Positions 7,389 to 13,335 of a stretch of DNA of 58,707 nucleotides are shown in pieces. The stretch comes from a virus (lineage: Duplodnaviria; Heunggongvirae; Uroviricota; Caudoviricetes). Position 1 is the stretch's first letter. Each line of letters begins with the position of its first letter. A program made the translations under genes and the position numbers. The stretch is taken from IMG/VR virus record IMGVR_UViG_2974696732_000001. One strand, 5' to 3'. The notes beneath the pieces are model-generated. The model was not told the DNA's origin, ran no database searches, and worked only from the letters and a program-made list of their open reading frames with translations.

Positions 7389-7673
7389 TTACTTCTTGGC
7401 CTTGGTGCGACGGTTGCTGTGGTTGCCGTTCATGAGGGCGGTGAAGTCCAGCATGATGTTCTGCTTGAAGTTGGTCGCTCCGTGGAACTTGCCGTCCTGG
7501 TCACGGATGACGATGCGGACCTCGGTGGAGTCGCTGCCCGGAGTGGTCTTCCAGGTCTCCAGCCGGATGCTGTAGACGGACTTGGAACCCTTGACCTTGA
7601 AGCCCTCGGAGATGGTGACGGAGGAGACGATGTTGTGGTTGACGTCGGTCTTCTTGGCGAGGGTAACGGCCAT
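7389..7673 (-). CDS. Basic hypothetical early protein (94 aa)
   Basis: RBS GAGGAG; own promoter and hairpin. Confidence 0.8.
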   Translation of the reverse strand: MAVTLAKKTDVNHNIVSSVTISEGFKVKGSKSVYSIRLETWKTTPGSDSTEVRIVIRDQDGKFHGATNFKQNIMLDFTALMNGNHSNRRTKAKK

Positions 7674-7727
7674 TTGAAGCTCCTCAGAGTCTCGCTTGGG
7701 GGTTCCTTCCCCCTTGCTGATAGCTAA

Positions 7728-7757
7728 AGTCTACACGACCCAAGGGACATCGCGCAA
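7728..7757 (-). promoter_or_regulatory. Early promoter
   Basis: TTGCGC-18-TAGACT. Confidence 0.8.
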
Positions 7758-7818
7758 CCCCTGAATTTATGTCCTTTTTGTCCGTCCGGGCCGGACAGGG
7801 CCCCGGAGGGCCCGTCCA

Positions 7819-8160
7819 TCACTCGGAGGGGAAAGACTCAGCGAAGAACTTGGCACGCTCCCTCTTGGCACGGCTGTGAGCACCGTCACGGCTTGCGTAC
7901 TCCTGGAACTCCGACACGGTGTCGATGGTGAGATGTCCGTTTTCGTCCAGCTTGGCCACACGAACGGTGTAGAGTCGGGGAGACATGTCGTCGAAGCGCT
8001 CGGAGGAGACGAAGAACATCGTCTTCCCCTGCAAGTCGCTGTAGCACATCTCGGAGATGCGGGAGTTGAAGAAGCGCAGGGTGGCCCGGTCGAAGAAGTG
8101 GTTGTTCTGGTCCTTGGCGATGGCCTTGACGTCTTCCAGAGAGAACATCTGAGTGCGCAT
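7819..8160 (-). CDS. Hypothetical early protein (HFFDRATLRFFNSR motif)
   Basis: Start moved to ATG 8160, downstream of the promoter; RBS GAGAGGA. Confidence 0.8.
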   Translation of the reverse strand: MRTQMFSLEDVKAIAKDQNNHFFDRATLRFFNSRISEMCYSDLQGKTMFFVSSERFDDMSPRLYTVRVAKLDENGHLTIDTVSEFQEYASRDGAHSRAKRERAKFFAESFPSE

Positions 8161-8191
8161 TGTGTGGGTTCCTCTCCCTCGGTGTAAGTAG

Positions 8192-8221
8192 AGTCTAACA
8201 CAGCTCAAGGACAGGCCACAA
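8192..8221 (-). promoter_or_regulatory. Early promoter
   Basis: TTGTGG-18-TAGACT. Confidence 0.7.
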
Positions 8222-8282
8222 CACCTACCGGGCCTTTTTCTGAAAGTGTCCGGCCCCGACAGGGGCCCGAAGGCCCCTTCTG

Positions 8283-8606
8283 TCAGGTGAGCTGAGCCAG
8301 GAGAGAACTGATTTCCTGACGGAGTTCGGACTGAGGCCGGTAGCCTCGCTCCGCCTTCAACTGACGCTCGAAGTAGGCGCGAAGTTCGGTCTTGTTGTAC
8401 GGACCGTACGCCTGGTCAGCGTAGTCGATGTCCTCGAACGGAATGGGGCAGGAGCAACCGGAGTCGCTTGCCACGTAGTACCGCCCTCGGGCCTCCTTCC
8501 ACACTCGCGTCTCGTTGAACTGGTAGGATTCGTGGTCCCAGTCGAACCCACCGACGTAGGTCAGGCTGTCCAGCGAAATACGCTCGGGCTTCGAAAGGTC
8601 GGTCAT
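8283..8606 (-). CDS. Hypothetical early protein (DSGCSCPIPFE motif)
   Basis: RBS GAGGAGG; high GC3. Confidence 0.8.
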   Translation of the reverse strand: MTDLSKPERISLDSLTYVGGFDWDHESYQFNETRVWKEARGRYYVASDSGCSCPIPFEDIDYADQAYGPYNKTELRAYFERQLKAERGYRPQSELRQEISSLLAQLT

Positions 8607-8615
8607 GGTTCCTCC

Positions 8616-8759
8616 TCAGATGTCTTTACGCTGAACTTTATCACACTTGGAGCACTGGCGCACCTGAATCAGCGCCTTCCAGGTACCGAGCTTGGGGAAG
8701 AGAGGGGAGTCGAACGTTCCCACCATCTGCTTCCAGTTGGACCACTTGTGGAAACACAT
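8616..8759 (-). CDS. Small Cys-containing protein (47 aa)
   Basis: MCFHKW...RQCSKCDK; RBS GGAGG; start moved to ATG 8759. Confidence 0.7.
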   Translation of the reverse strand: MCFHKWSNWKQMVGTFDSPLFPKLGTWKALIQVRQCSKCDKVQRKDI

Positions 8760-8784
8760 CCCGTCCTCCGTTTTCGTTAGCTCT

Positions 8785-8813
8785 AGTCTACAGGGCCAAT
8801 TTTTGAGTCGCAA
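8785..8813 (-). promoter_or_regulatory. Early promoter
   Basis: TTGCGA-17-TAGACT. Confidence 0.8.
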
Positions 8814-8880
8814 CCCCAAAGTCCAGATTTTTAGTCGCAGATTTTTAGTCCGGGGCGGACAGGCCCGAAGGCCCTTCCGC

Positions 8881-9195
8881 TCACTCCCAAGGCTTGTAGT
8901 CACTCCAGTCCGCACCCTCGCGCGGCTCGATGAGGATTTCGATGGTGTCGCCCAGACGGTGATTCACGCTGTACAGAGAACGGGAAGAACCCTGGTAGCG
9001 ACGCTGCGCCTTGGCCCACTTGACCAGCTTCTCAGCCTGCTTGGCCGAACGACAGGGCCATGCCTCGATGCACAGACCGTAGTTGAACCACCATCCGCCC
9101 TCTTCGCTGCCTCCCCATGCACGCTGCAATTCGTAGACGTTCACCCAGTGCTTGTTCCGACGACGCTGGCCCATACGGAGTGACTTCTTCGCCAT
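8881..9195 (-). CDS. Hypothetical early protein (AWGGSEEGGWW motif)
   Basis: RBS AAGGAGG; own promoter and hairpin. Confidence 0.8.
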   Translation of the reverse strand: MAKKSLRMGQRRRNKHWVNVYELQRAWGGSEEGGWWFNYGLCIEAWPCRSAKQAEKLVKWAKAQRRYQGSSRSLYSVNHRLGDTIEILIEPREGADWSDYKPWE

Positions 9196-9218
9196 GTTTC
9201 CTCCTTGGTGATGACCTA

Positions 9219-9247
9219 AGTCTAACAGACGCCTAGGACAGACTCAA
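9219..9247 (-). promoter_or_regulatory. Early promoter
   Basis: TTGAGT-17-TAGACT. Confidence 0.8.
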
Positions 9248-9309
9248 CATGCTTGTAAGGATATTTTTTCATTTAGGGAGTGTCCCGCCCGGACAAAAAA
9301 TTCGCCCAC

Positions 9310-9370
9310 AAATTCACCCCTCTTTTCTAAGGAAATCTAGGCGAAAATCCTTGAAAAGAGGGGTGAATTT
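9310..9370. repeat. Long inverted repeat (18 bp perfect plus 5 bp); possible bidirectional terminator or cruciform
   Basis: AAATTCACCCCTCTTTTC(T)AAGGA ... TCCTTGAAAAGAGGGGTGAATTT. Confidence 0.8.
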
Positions 9371-9393
9371 TTTCTATGAAGTTTTTTCGAAGG

Positions 9394-9606
9394 TCAGATG
9401 GCGACTTTTTCGTCTTTTCCTGCCTCACAAAGGCAGTATTTCGAATGTGTCGCCTCGATTGCGGTAAAACCGCTTTCCTCGTAGCGTGCGAGGAGATTCG
9501 CCAGAAGGGACGAGTTGAATACCGAAGTTTTCGATTTCAGCCCGTCCCTTTCCAGCAAAAGGGACATACTGTGGAATTGTACCGGTTTCGGCCTTTTCCT
9601 GAACAT
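9394..9606 (-). CDS. Hypothetical protein (70 aa, AT-richer than neighbours)
   Basis: RBS AAGGGG; follows 9625-9768. Confidence 0.55.
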   Translation of the reverse strand: MFRKRPKPVQFHSMSLLLERDGLKSKTSVFNSSLLANLLARYEESGFTAIEATHSKYCLCEAGKDEKVAI

Positions 9607-9624
9607 GAATGCCCCTTTTAGGTG

Positions 9625-9768
9625 TTACGCCAGTTCGGCCATGTGCGGGTAGGCGTCCCAGTCGAAGCCGTCCACACGGTCCGCATCCCGAACGTCGGAA
9701 ACGGGAACCGTGATGGTGGTGAAGACACCCGCGTCAGCGGCCTGCTCAAGAAGGTCACGAAGGTCCAT
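9625..9768 (-). CDS. Small acidic protein (47 aa, not in track)
   Basis: MDLRDLLEQAADAGVF...; RBS GAGAGGA; own promoter. Confidence 0.75.
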   Translation of the reverse strand: MDLRDLLEQAADAGVFTTITVPVSDVRDADRVDGFDWDAYPHMAELA

Positions 9769-9800
9769 GGTGTGTACTTCCTCTCGCTTGGTGTAGTACC

Positions 9801-9829
9801 AGTCTACACAAGGGGTAGGGCAGATGCAA
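9801..9829 (-). promoter_or_regulatory. Early promoter
   Basis: TTGCAT-17-TAGACT. Confidence 0.8.
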
Positions 9830-9884
9830 GCCCAAAGTCTCCGGGAATTTTTCGTGCCTATCGTACACGCGCGGGGGAAATGTG

Positions 9885-10030
9885 GGGTATGTACGTAACG
9901 CCCCTTAAAAGGGCCTATATCCTAGATGTCCCATATGTACCCTATGCCCTATATGGGTGGGTATGGGATGGTATGCCCTATATGTACCCCTATGTATGGG
10001 TATGTACCCAATGTCCGTTTTGCCCCATAT
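9885..10030. repeat. Low-complexity TATG/TATGTACCC repeat tract
   Basis: TATGTACCC three times plus many GGTATG and CCTATAT units in non-coding DNA. Confidence 0.7.
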
Positions 10031-10091
10031 GTCGTCCGGGGCGGACAGGTAACGCTTAGGTAAAGCTTCCAAGATTCTTGCTGAATTGGGG

Positions 10092-10119
10092 TTGCATGGG
10101 TGTCCGGGGCGGGTATGCT
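10092..10119 (+). promoter_or_regulatory. Rightward promoter with a TGTCCG palindrome copy in its spacer
   Basis: TTGCAT-16-TATGCT; TGTCCGGGGCGGGTA at 10101-10115. Confidence 0.6.
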
Positions 10120-10152
10120 GTAAGCACAGCAACGAACAAGGGAGACAGGGAC

Positions 10153-10590
10153 ATGAACACCACCACCGCTCACCAGTGCAAGTACCAGAATGAAACCCAG
10201 GTCAACGCCCGTATCCGTAGGCAGGTGCTCGCTACGGTGCTGTACCTGGCCACCCTTACGGGTGACAGTGACGGTGCTACGTGGGCCAATTGTGTGGGGT
10301 GTGGGGAGCGTGCCCACGTGGGAGGTACCCCTAGGGCTATGGACACGTTCAACCTGGGGCACGTGCTGGCAGACGCTGAGGGTGGGATGTACTGCCCTTG
10401 CAACCTGCTCCCCCTGTGCAGGCAGTGCAACGCTGACATGGGTAAGGAGACCCTTACTGATGTGCTTGTTCCCCGTTACGACAATCGGGAAATGTGGAAC
10501 GGTAAGGTTCTGCCCGACCCTGGCACGGTGGCCGCTAAGCCTGAGAGCAACCGTGGACGTGCCCGCTGGAACGCCCCTGTGACCGTCTGA
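10153..10590 (+). CDS. HNH (His-Me finger) endonuclease-like protein
   Basis: CVGCG...GHVLADAEGG...NLLPLCRQCN; start moved to ATG 10153; terminator hairpin at 10605-10632. Confidence 0.7.
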   Translation: MNTTTAHQCKYQNETQVNARIRRQVLATVLYLATLTGDSDGATWANCVGCGERAHVGGTPRAMDTFNLGHVLADAEGGMYCPCNLLPLCRQCNADMGKETLTDVLVPRYDNREMWNGKVLPDPGTVAAKPESNRGRARWNAPVTV

Positions 10591-10604
10591 GACGCTGTGA
10601 AGGT

Positions 10605-10632
10605 GCCCCCTAGGGTAGTTTGCCTAGGGGGC
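10605..10632 (+). terminator. Hairpin after the HNH gene
   Basis: GCCCCCTAGG-N8-CCTAGGGGGC. Confidence 0.7.
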
Positions 10633-10828
10633 TAATTCATGCCCGCAGACGGGCCCTCAGCCCTTTTGAAAACGGCTTTCAGGTTGGGTGGAACCTTCCC
10701 CGGAACCTTCCCGCGACAGAATGTCAAGGGGTATGGGCGCACTATTTGGATTGTTACAAAGGTATGCGAAGCATGTATCATACATCACAAAAAATTACTA
10801 ACATTTCGCACACCTTTTAATGTAACAA

Positions 10829-11047
10829 TTAGGTAACGTCCGGGTCGGACTCGTCGGACATATCGAAGCTCGGAGCAGGCCCGAATACCTTACCCAATGC
10901 GTGTCCACGAAAGATGATTTCTGCTTCTTCCTTGTTTACGCCTCGTGCAATGCAAGTCAGCATATCATAGATACGCATCAGCATGATTGCATTGACGACA
11001 GAAGAAGCGTCCTCATCGAACATATCAGTCTCTGTCTTATCAGTCAT
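10829..11047 (-). CDS. Hypothetical protein
   Basis: Overlaps the thyX stop; RBS AAGG; start moved to ATG 11047. Confidence 0.7.
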   Translation of the reverse strand: MTDKTETDMFDEDASSVVNAIMLMRIYDMLTCIARGVNKEEAEIIFRGHALGKVFGPAPSFDMSDESDPDVT

Positions 11048-11774
11048 CCTTGCTCGCAAATGGTGCTAGAGCGACTGGGAATTCAGGCACAATCAAGTCT
11101 CTGACAGCCTTAGCATACATCTGGATTTCGACTTGTGCATTGTGCTCAAGACGTTCTCTCATGAAGTGCATTACTGCTGCTAGGCTTGTAGTCCATCTCC
11201 ATCTTACATACATACCGTATGCTGGGAGGAATAGCCTTGCTTGTTCCGGCGCAATTCCTGCACGCATAGCAGACTCATACAGTTCCTGGCCTTCTTCGAT
11301 ATAATCGGTCAGAGCACCGGTCCAGTAATCTCCGTAATCTGGCTGACAGCCTACTACCTTTTGATTTGGTGTTTCTGCTGGTAGAGGCTCACCGCTGCCT
11401 TGCTTGCTATTAGCAGGCCTTGAACGCCATTCGTTTTCTGCTGGCAGATGGAATGCTGCTTCTTCTGTTAGATACCTTCTTGATGATTCGTTCCAGCCGA
11501 TTTGGTCATCAAGGGCTGTACTGGCTACAGTGTACTTCCACCACTGCCGGGCCACAAATAGTGGCGCATATACTTCAAAAGTCATCGCAACATGACGAAA
11601 AGGAGAGTATTCGTTGTTTCTGACAAGGTAATTAATCAGTCTTTCATCCTTGTCAGAGAACTCCGCACTCTCCTTTGCGTAACTTACTCGTGCTGCGTTG
11701 ACGATACTCAAATCGGACCCCATGTGGTCCACCAGGCGAACATAACCCTGGTCTAGTACGTCAATCTTTGTCAA
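11040..11774 (-). CDS. thyX: Flavin-dependent thymidylate synthase
   Basis: IVNAARVSY, SPFRH, APLFVARQW, NESSRRY, HAQxEI-like motif. Confidence 0.9.
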   Translation of the reverse strand: MTKIDVLDQGYVRLVDHMGSDLSIVNAARVSYAKESAEFSDKDERLINYLVRNNEYSPFRHVAMTFEVYAPLFVARQWWKYTVASTALDDQIGWNESSRRYLTEEAAFHLPAENEWRSRPANSKQGSGEPLPAETPNQKVVGCQPDYGDYWTGALTDYIEEGQELYESAMRAGIAPEQARLFLPAYGMYVRWRWTTSLAAVMHFMRERLEHNAQVEIQMYAKAVRDLIVPEFPVALAPFASKDD

Positions 11775-11786
11775 TTTTCCTCATCC

Positions 11787-11957
11787 TTATTCTTTGAGAT
11801 TCGCAATCTCTCCGTCGAGCCGCGCAATTTCGCGCTTCTGGCGCTGCTCGCCTATGCGGTCTTTATTACGCTTTGCAAGCTCTAGTCCACGAGCAGCCGT
11901 TCTGCGCTGCTCATACAATGAGTTCAGAGCCTTACGTACGTCTGCCTTGTCGCTCAT
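11787..11957 (-). CDS. Small coiled-coil protein (56 aa, not in track)
   Basis: MSDKADVRKALNSLYEQRR...; ATGA overlap with the upstream gene. Confidence 0.7.
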   Translation of the reverse strand: MSDKADVRKALNSLYEQRRTAARGLELAKRNKDRIGEQRQKREIARLDGEIANLKE

Positions 11958-12091
11958 TTCACCAACTCGTCATTCAGCTCGTGGATTTTGGCCGCAATTT
12001 TAGCAGCCTCTTTGGGGTTCTTCGTTCGCAATTCAAGATACAGTGTTCGGAGCCTTCGTAGCTCCTGCTGTATCTTTACCTTGTCACTCAT
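11954..12091 (-). CDS. Small coiled-coil protein (45 aa, not in track)
   Basis: MSDKVKIQQELRRLRTLY...; 4-nt overlaps on both sides. Confidence 0.7.
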   Translation of the reverse strand: MSDKVKIQQELRRLRTLYLELRTKNPKEAAKIAAKIHELNDELVK

Positions 12092-12408
12092 ACGTTATTC
12101 CTGTCAAGTATGCCGTGTATATAATCGGCATCAATGTCGTCGTAGTTTGATAGCATTCTCAACTCTGAGACTGCCTCCTTGTACCGGCGATTTTCTGACA
12201 GATAGTCGTCAGCATCATTTGCCCACCGGTAGGCATCCTTGCGAAGTGCTAGGAACTTATCACGAGGAATCTCTTCATCGGGAAGGATATCGAATTCAAC
12301 CCAAACTGAATACTCCTCTTCTGTCATTCCTAGAAACTCGTGGAGTGACAATTTGCTTTCGCTGTCATGCCACTTGTCCACGAGGTCTTCTAGTTGTCCT
12401 CTGTTCAT
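12088..12408 (-). CDS. Hypothetical protein
   Basis: KWH....LHEFLGMTEEEY..W motif; operon packing. Confidence 0.75.
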   Translation of the reverse strand: MNRGQLEDLVDKWHDSESKLSLHEFLGMTEEEYSVWVEFDILPDEEIPRDKFLALRKDAYRWANDADDYLSENRRYKEAVSELRMLSNYDDIDADYIHGILDRNNV

Positions 12409-12412
12409 GTCC

Positions 12413-13285
12413 TCAGTTTGTCACATGTCCTGGGGCACTGTCAAGACGTGACACAGCCTTGTTCACCGTATTCAAGGGAATGTCCTTCTCCTTGATGTCA
12501 CAAATACGCTTGTGCAATTCTGTCCTGTCCGTGACACCTTGGGACCATAGGGCTCTGACCAGCGCGGACACTGATTTGTCCTTACTCATGTCATCTGTCA
12601 CCGGGGCAGGCTCTGTCACATTCTTTGTCCTAGGGACATTATCCGTGACAGGAATGTCCGGTGACGTGACAGAAAATGTCTTGTCCTTTTTGTCCTTCTT
12701 TGGTGTCACGATGTCACGCTTCTTGTCCCGTTCGAGAGGTTGTCCAGTGACACCCGTGACAACCTCGTTCAGACGATAGAATACCACGTCCTTGAATCCA
12801 CGGAAAGTCTTACCTGGAAAGATAAGCCAGCTAATCTTACCAAACACTGGCATACGCTTCGGAACAAGACCATTGGCACGCATCTCGCTTCGGTGAACGA
12901 AGCGCAGATAAAGCTCGAAAAGGATTCCTGCGATAACTGGTGGGGCACCAAAAAGCACCATTCCAGGAATGCCATAGGATAGCAGGATGGCGTGTTCTAC
13001 GTTGAGGTATACAGACGCTCCGACAAACAGATACGTCGCTAGTTTTGTTGCAAGACCGGAGTCTTCTGTTCTGGCGTACTTACTGGCAAGGTCAGCTACA
13101 AACAAAGCAGCACCATCGAATGCCGCGCTTACACCGATAGCCAGAATCTGAGGCACGCCATAGAACGTAATTGCGAGCGAATAAAGACTCCACCAACTCA
13201 GTGCCAGCGCGACAATGAGAACCACTCCGAATGATATTGAACCTCGCCAATCAAGAATTCTCTTGACATTTGGCGTCTTCATCAT
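12413..13285 (-). CDS. DUF2637/SpdA-like membrane protein with a probable C-terminal DNA-binding domain
   Basis: Four N-terminal hydrophobic helices, ALSWWSLYSLA...FDGAA..., low-complexity linker, helical C-terminus; RBS AAGGAG before ATG 13285. Confidence 0.65.
   Translation of the reverse strand: MMKTPNVKRILDWRGSISFGVVLIVALALSWWSLYSLAITFYGVPQILAIGVSAAFDGAALFVADLASKYARTEDSGLATKLATYLFVGASVYLNVEHAILLSYGIPGMVLFGAPPVIAGILFELYLRFVHRSEMRANGLVPKRMPVFGKISWLIFPGKTFRGFKDVVFYRLNEVVTGVTGQPLERDKKRDIVTPKKDKKDKTFSVTSPDIPVTDNVPRTKNVTEPAPVTDDMSKDKSVSALVRALWSQGVTDRTELHKRICDIKEKDIPLNTVNKAVSRLDSAPGHVTN
12419..12761. repeat. Cluster of 13 TGTCAC/GTGAC(A) motifs inside the gene
   Basis: Copies at 12419, 12448, 12496, 12531, 12596, 12614, 12645, 12661, 12666, 12704, 12712, 12747 and 12756, in both orientations. 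Confidence 0.85.
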
Positions 13286-13293
13286 TCTCCTTA

Positions 13294-13328
13294 ACAAAAA
13301 GGCAGGCGGCCCGCTTTGGACCGCCTGC
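13294..13328 (-). terminator. Intrinsic terminator after dps
   Basis: GCAGGCGG...CCGCCTGC followed by a T-run on the minus strand. Confidence 0.7.
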
Positions 13329-13335
13329 TATGTAA

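Larger units (their letters stand above)
1358..8873 (-). terminator. Series of 12 GC-rich hairpins at the 3' ends of early cassettes
   Basis: Hairpins at 1358-1386, 2572-2591, 3172-3195, 4401-4414, 5254-5277, 5588-5599, 6129-6150, 6858-6871, 7360-7377, 7798-7813, 8261-8278 and 8862-8873. Nine read as cUUCGg or cUCCGg loops on the minus strand. Each lies between a stop codon and a 15-bp palindrome. Confidence 0.75.
729..10851. repeat. Dispersed 15-bp palindrome TGTCCG-N3-CGGACA, about 17 copies (operator-like)
   Basis: Copies start at 729, 1340, 2550, 3157, 4385, 5237, 5569, 6113, 6843, 7345, 7783, 8247, 8847, 9281, 10033, 10101 and 10837. Extra half-site pairs AATGTCCGWTTTGYCC at 2532, 4358, 5219 and 10010. 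Confidence 0.9.

Noticed and set aside
9905-10132. ORFs over the TATG tract
   Set aside because: Low-complexity Tyr/Pro/Gly/Met translations of a DNA repeat; no RBS.
1392-10362. Long + strand ORFs in the early region (1392-2477, 2499-3119, 3713-4264, 4604-5206, 5735-6439, 6528-7727, 8692-9183, 9622-10059)
   Set aside because: Antisense shadows of high-GC3 minus-strand genes. They have no RBS or promoter and run across cassette hairpins and promoters.
10699-10727. TTGACA at 10722-10727 (minus) and 14923-14928 (minus) as -35 boxes
   Set aside because: No -10 hexamer at 16-18 bp spacing.
729-10851. CRISPR array interpretation of the repeated 15-mer
   Set aside because: The repeats are short and degenerate, spaced 0.3-1.3 kb apart by whole genes, and no cas genes are present.
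11988-12779. 263-aa + strand ORF across the TGTCAC array
   Set aside because: Antisense to three coupled minus-strand genes; no RBS or promoter.
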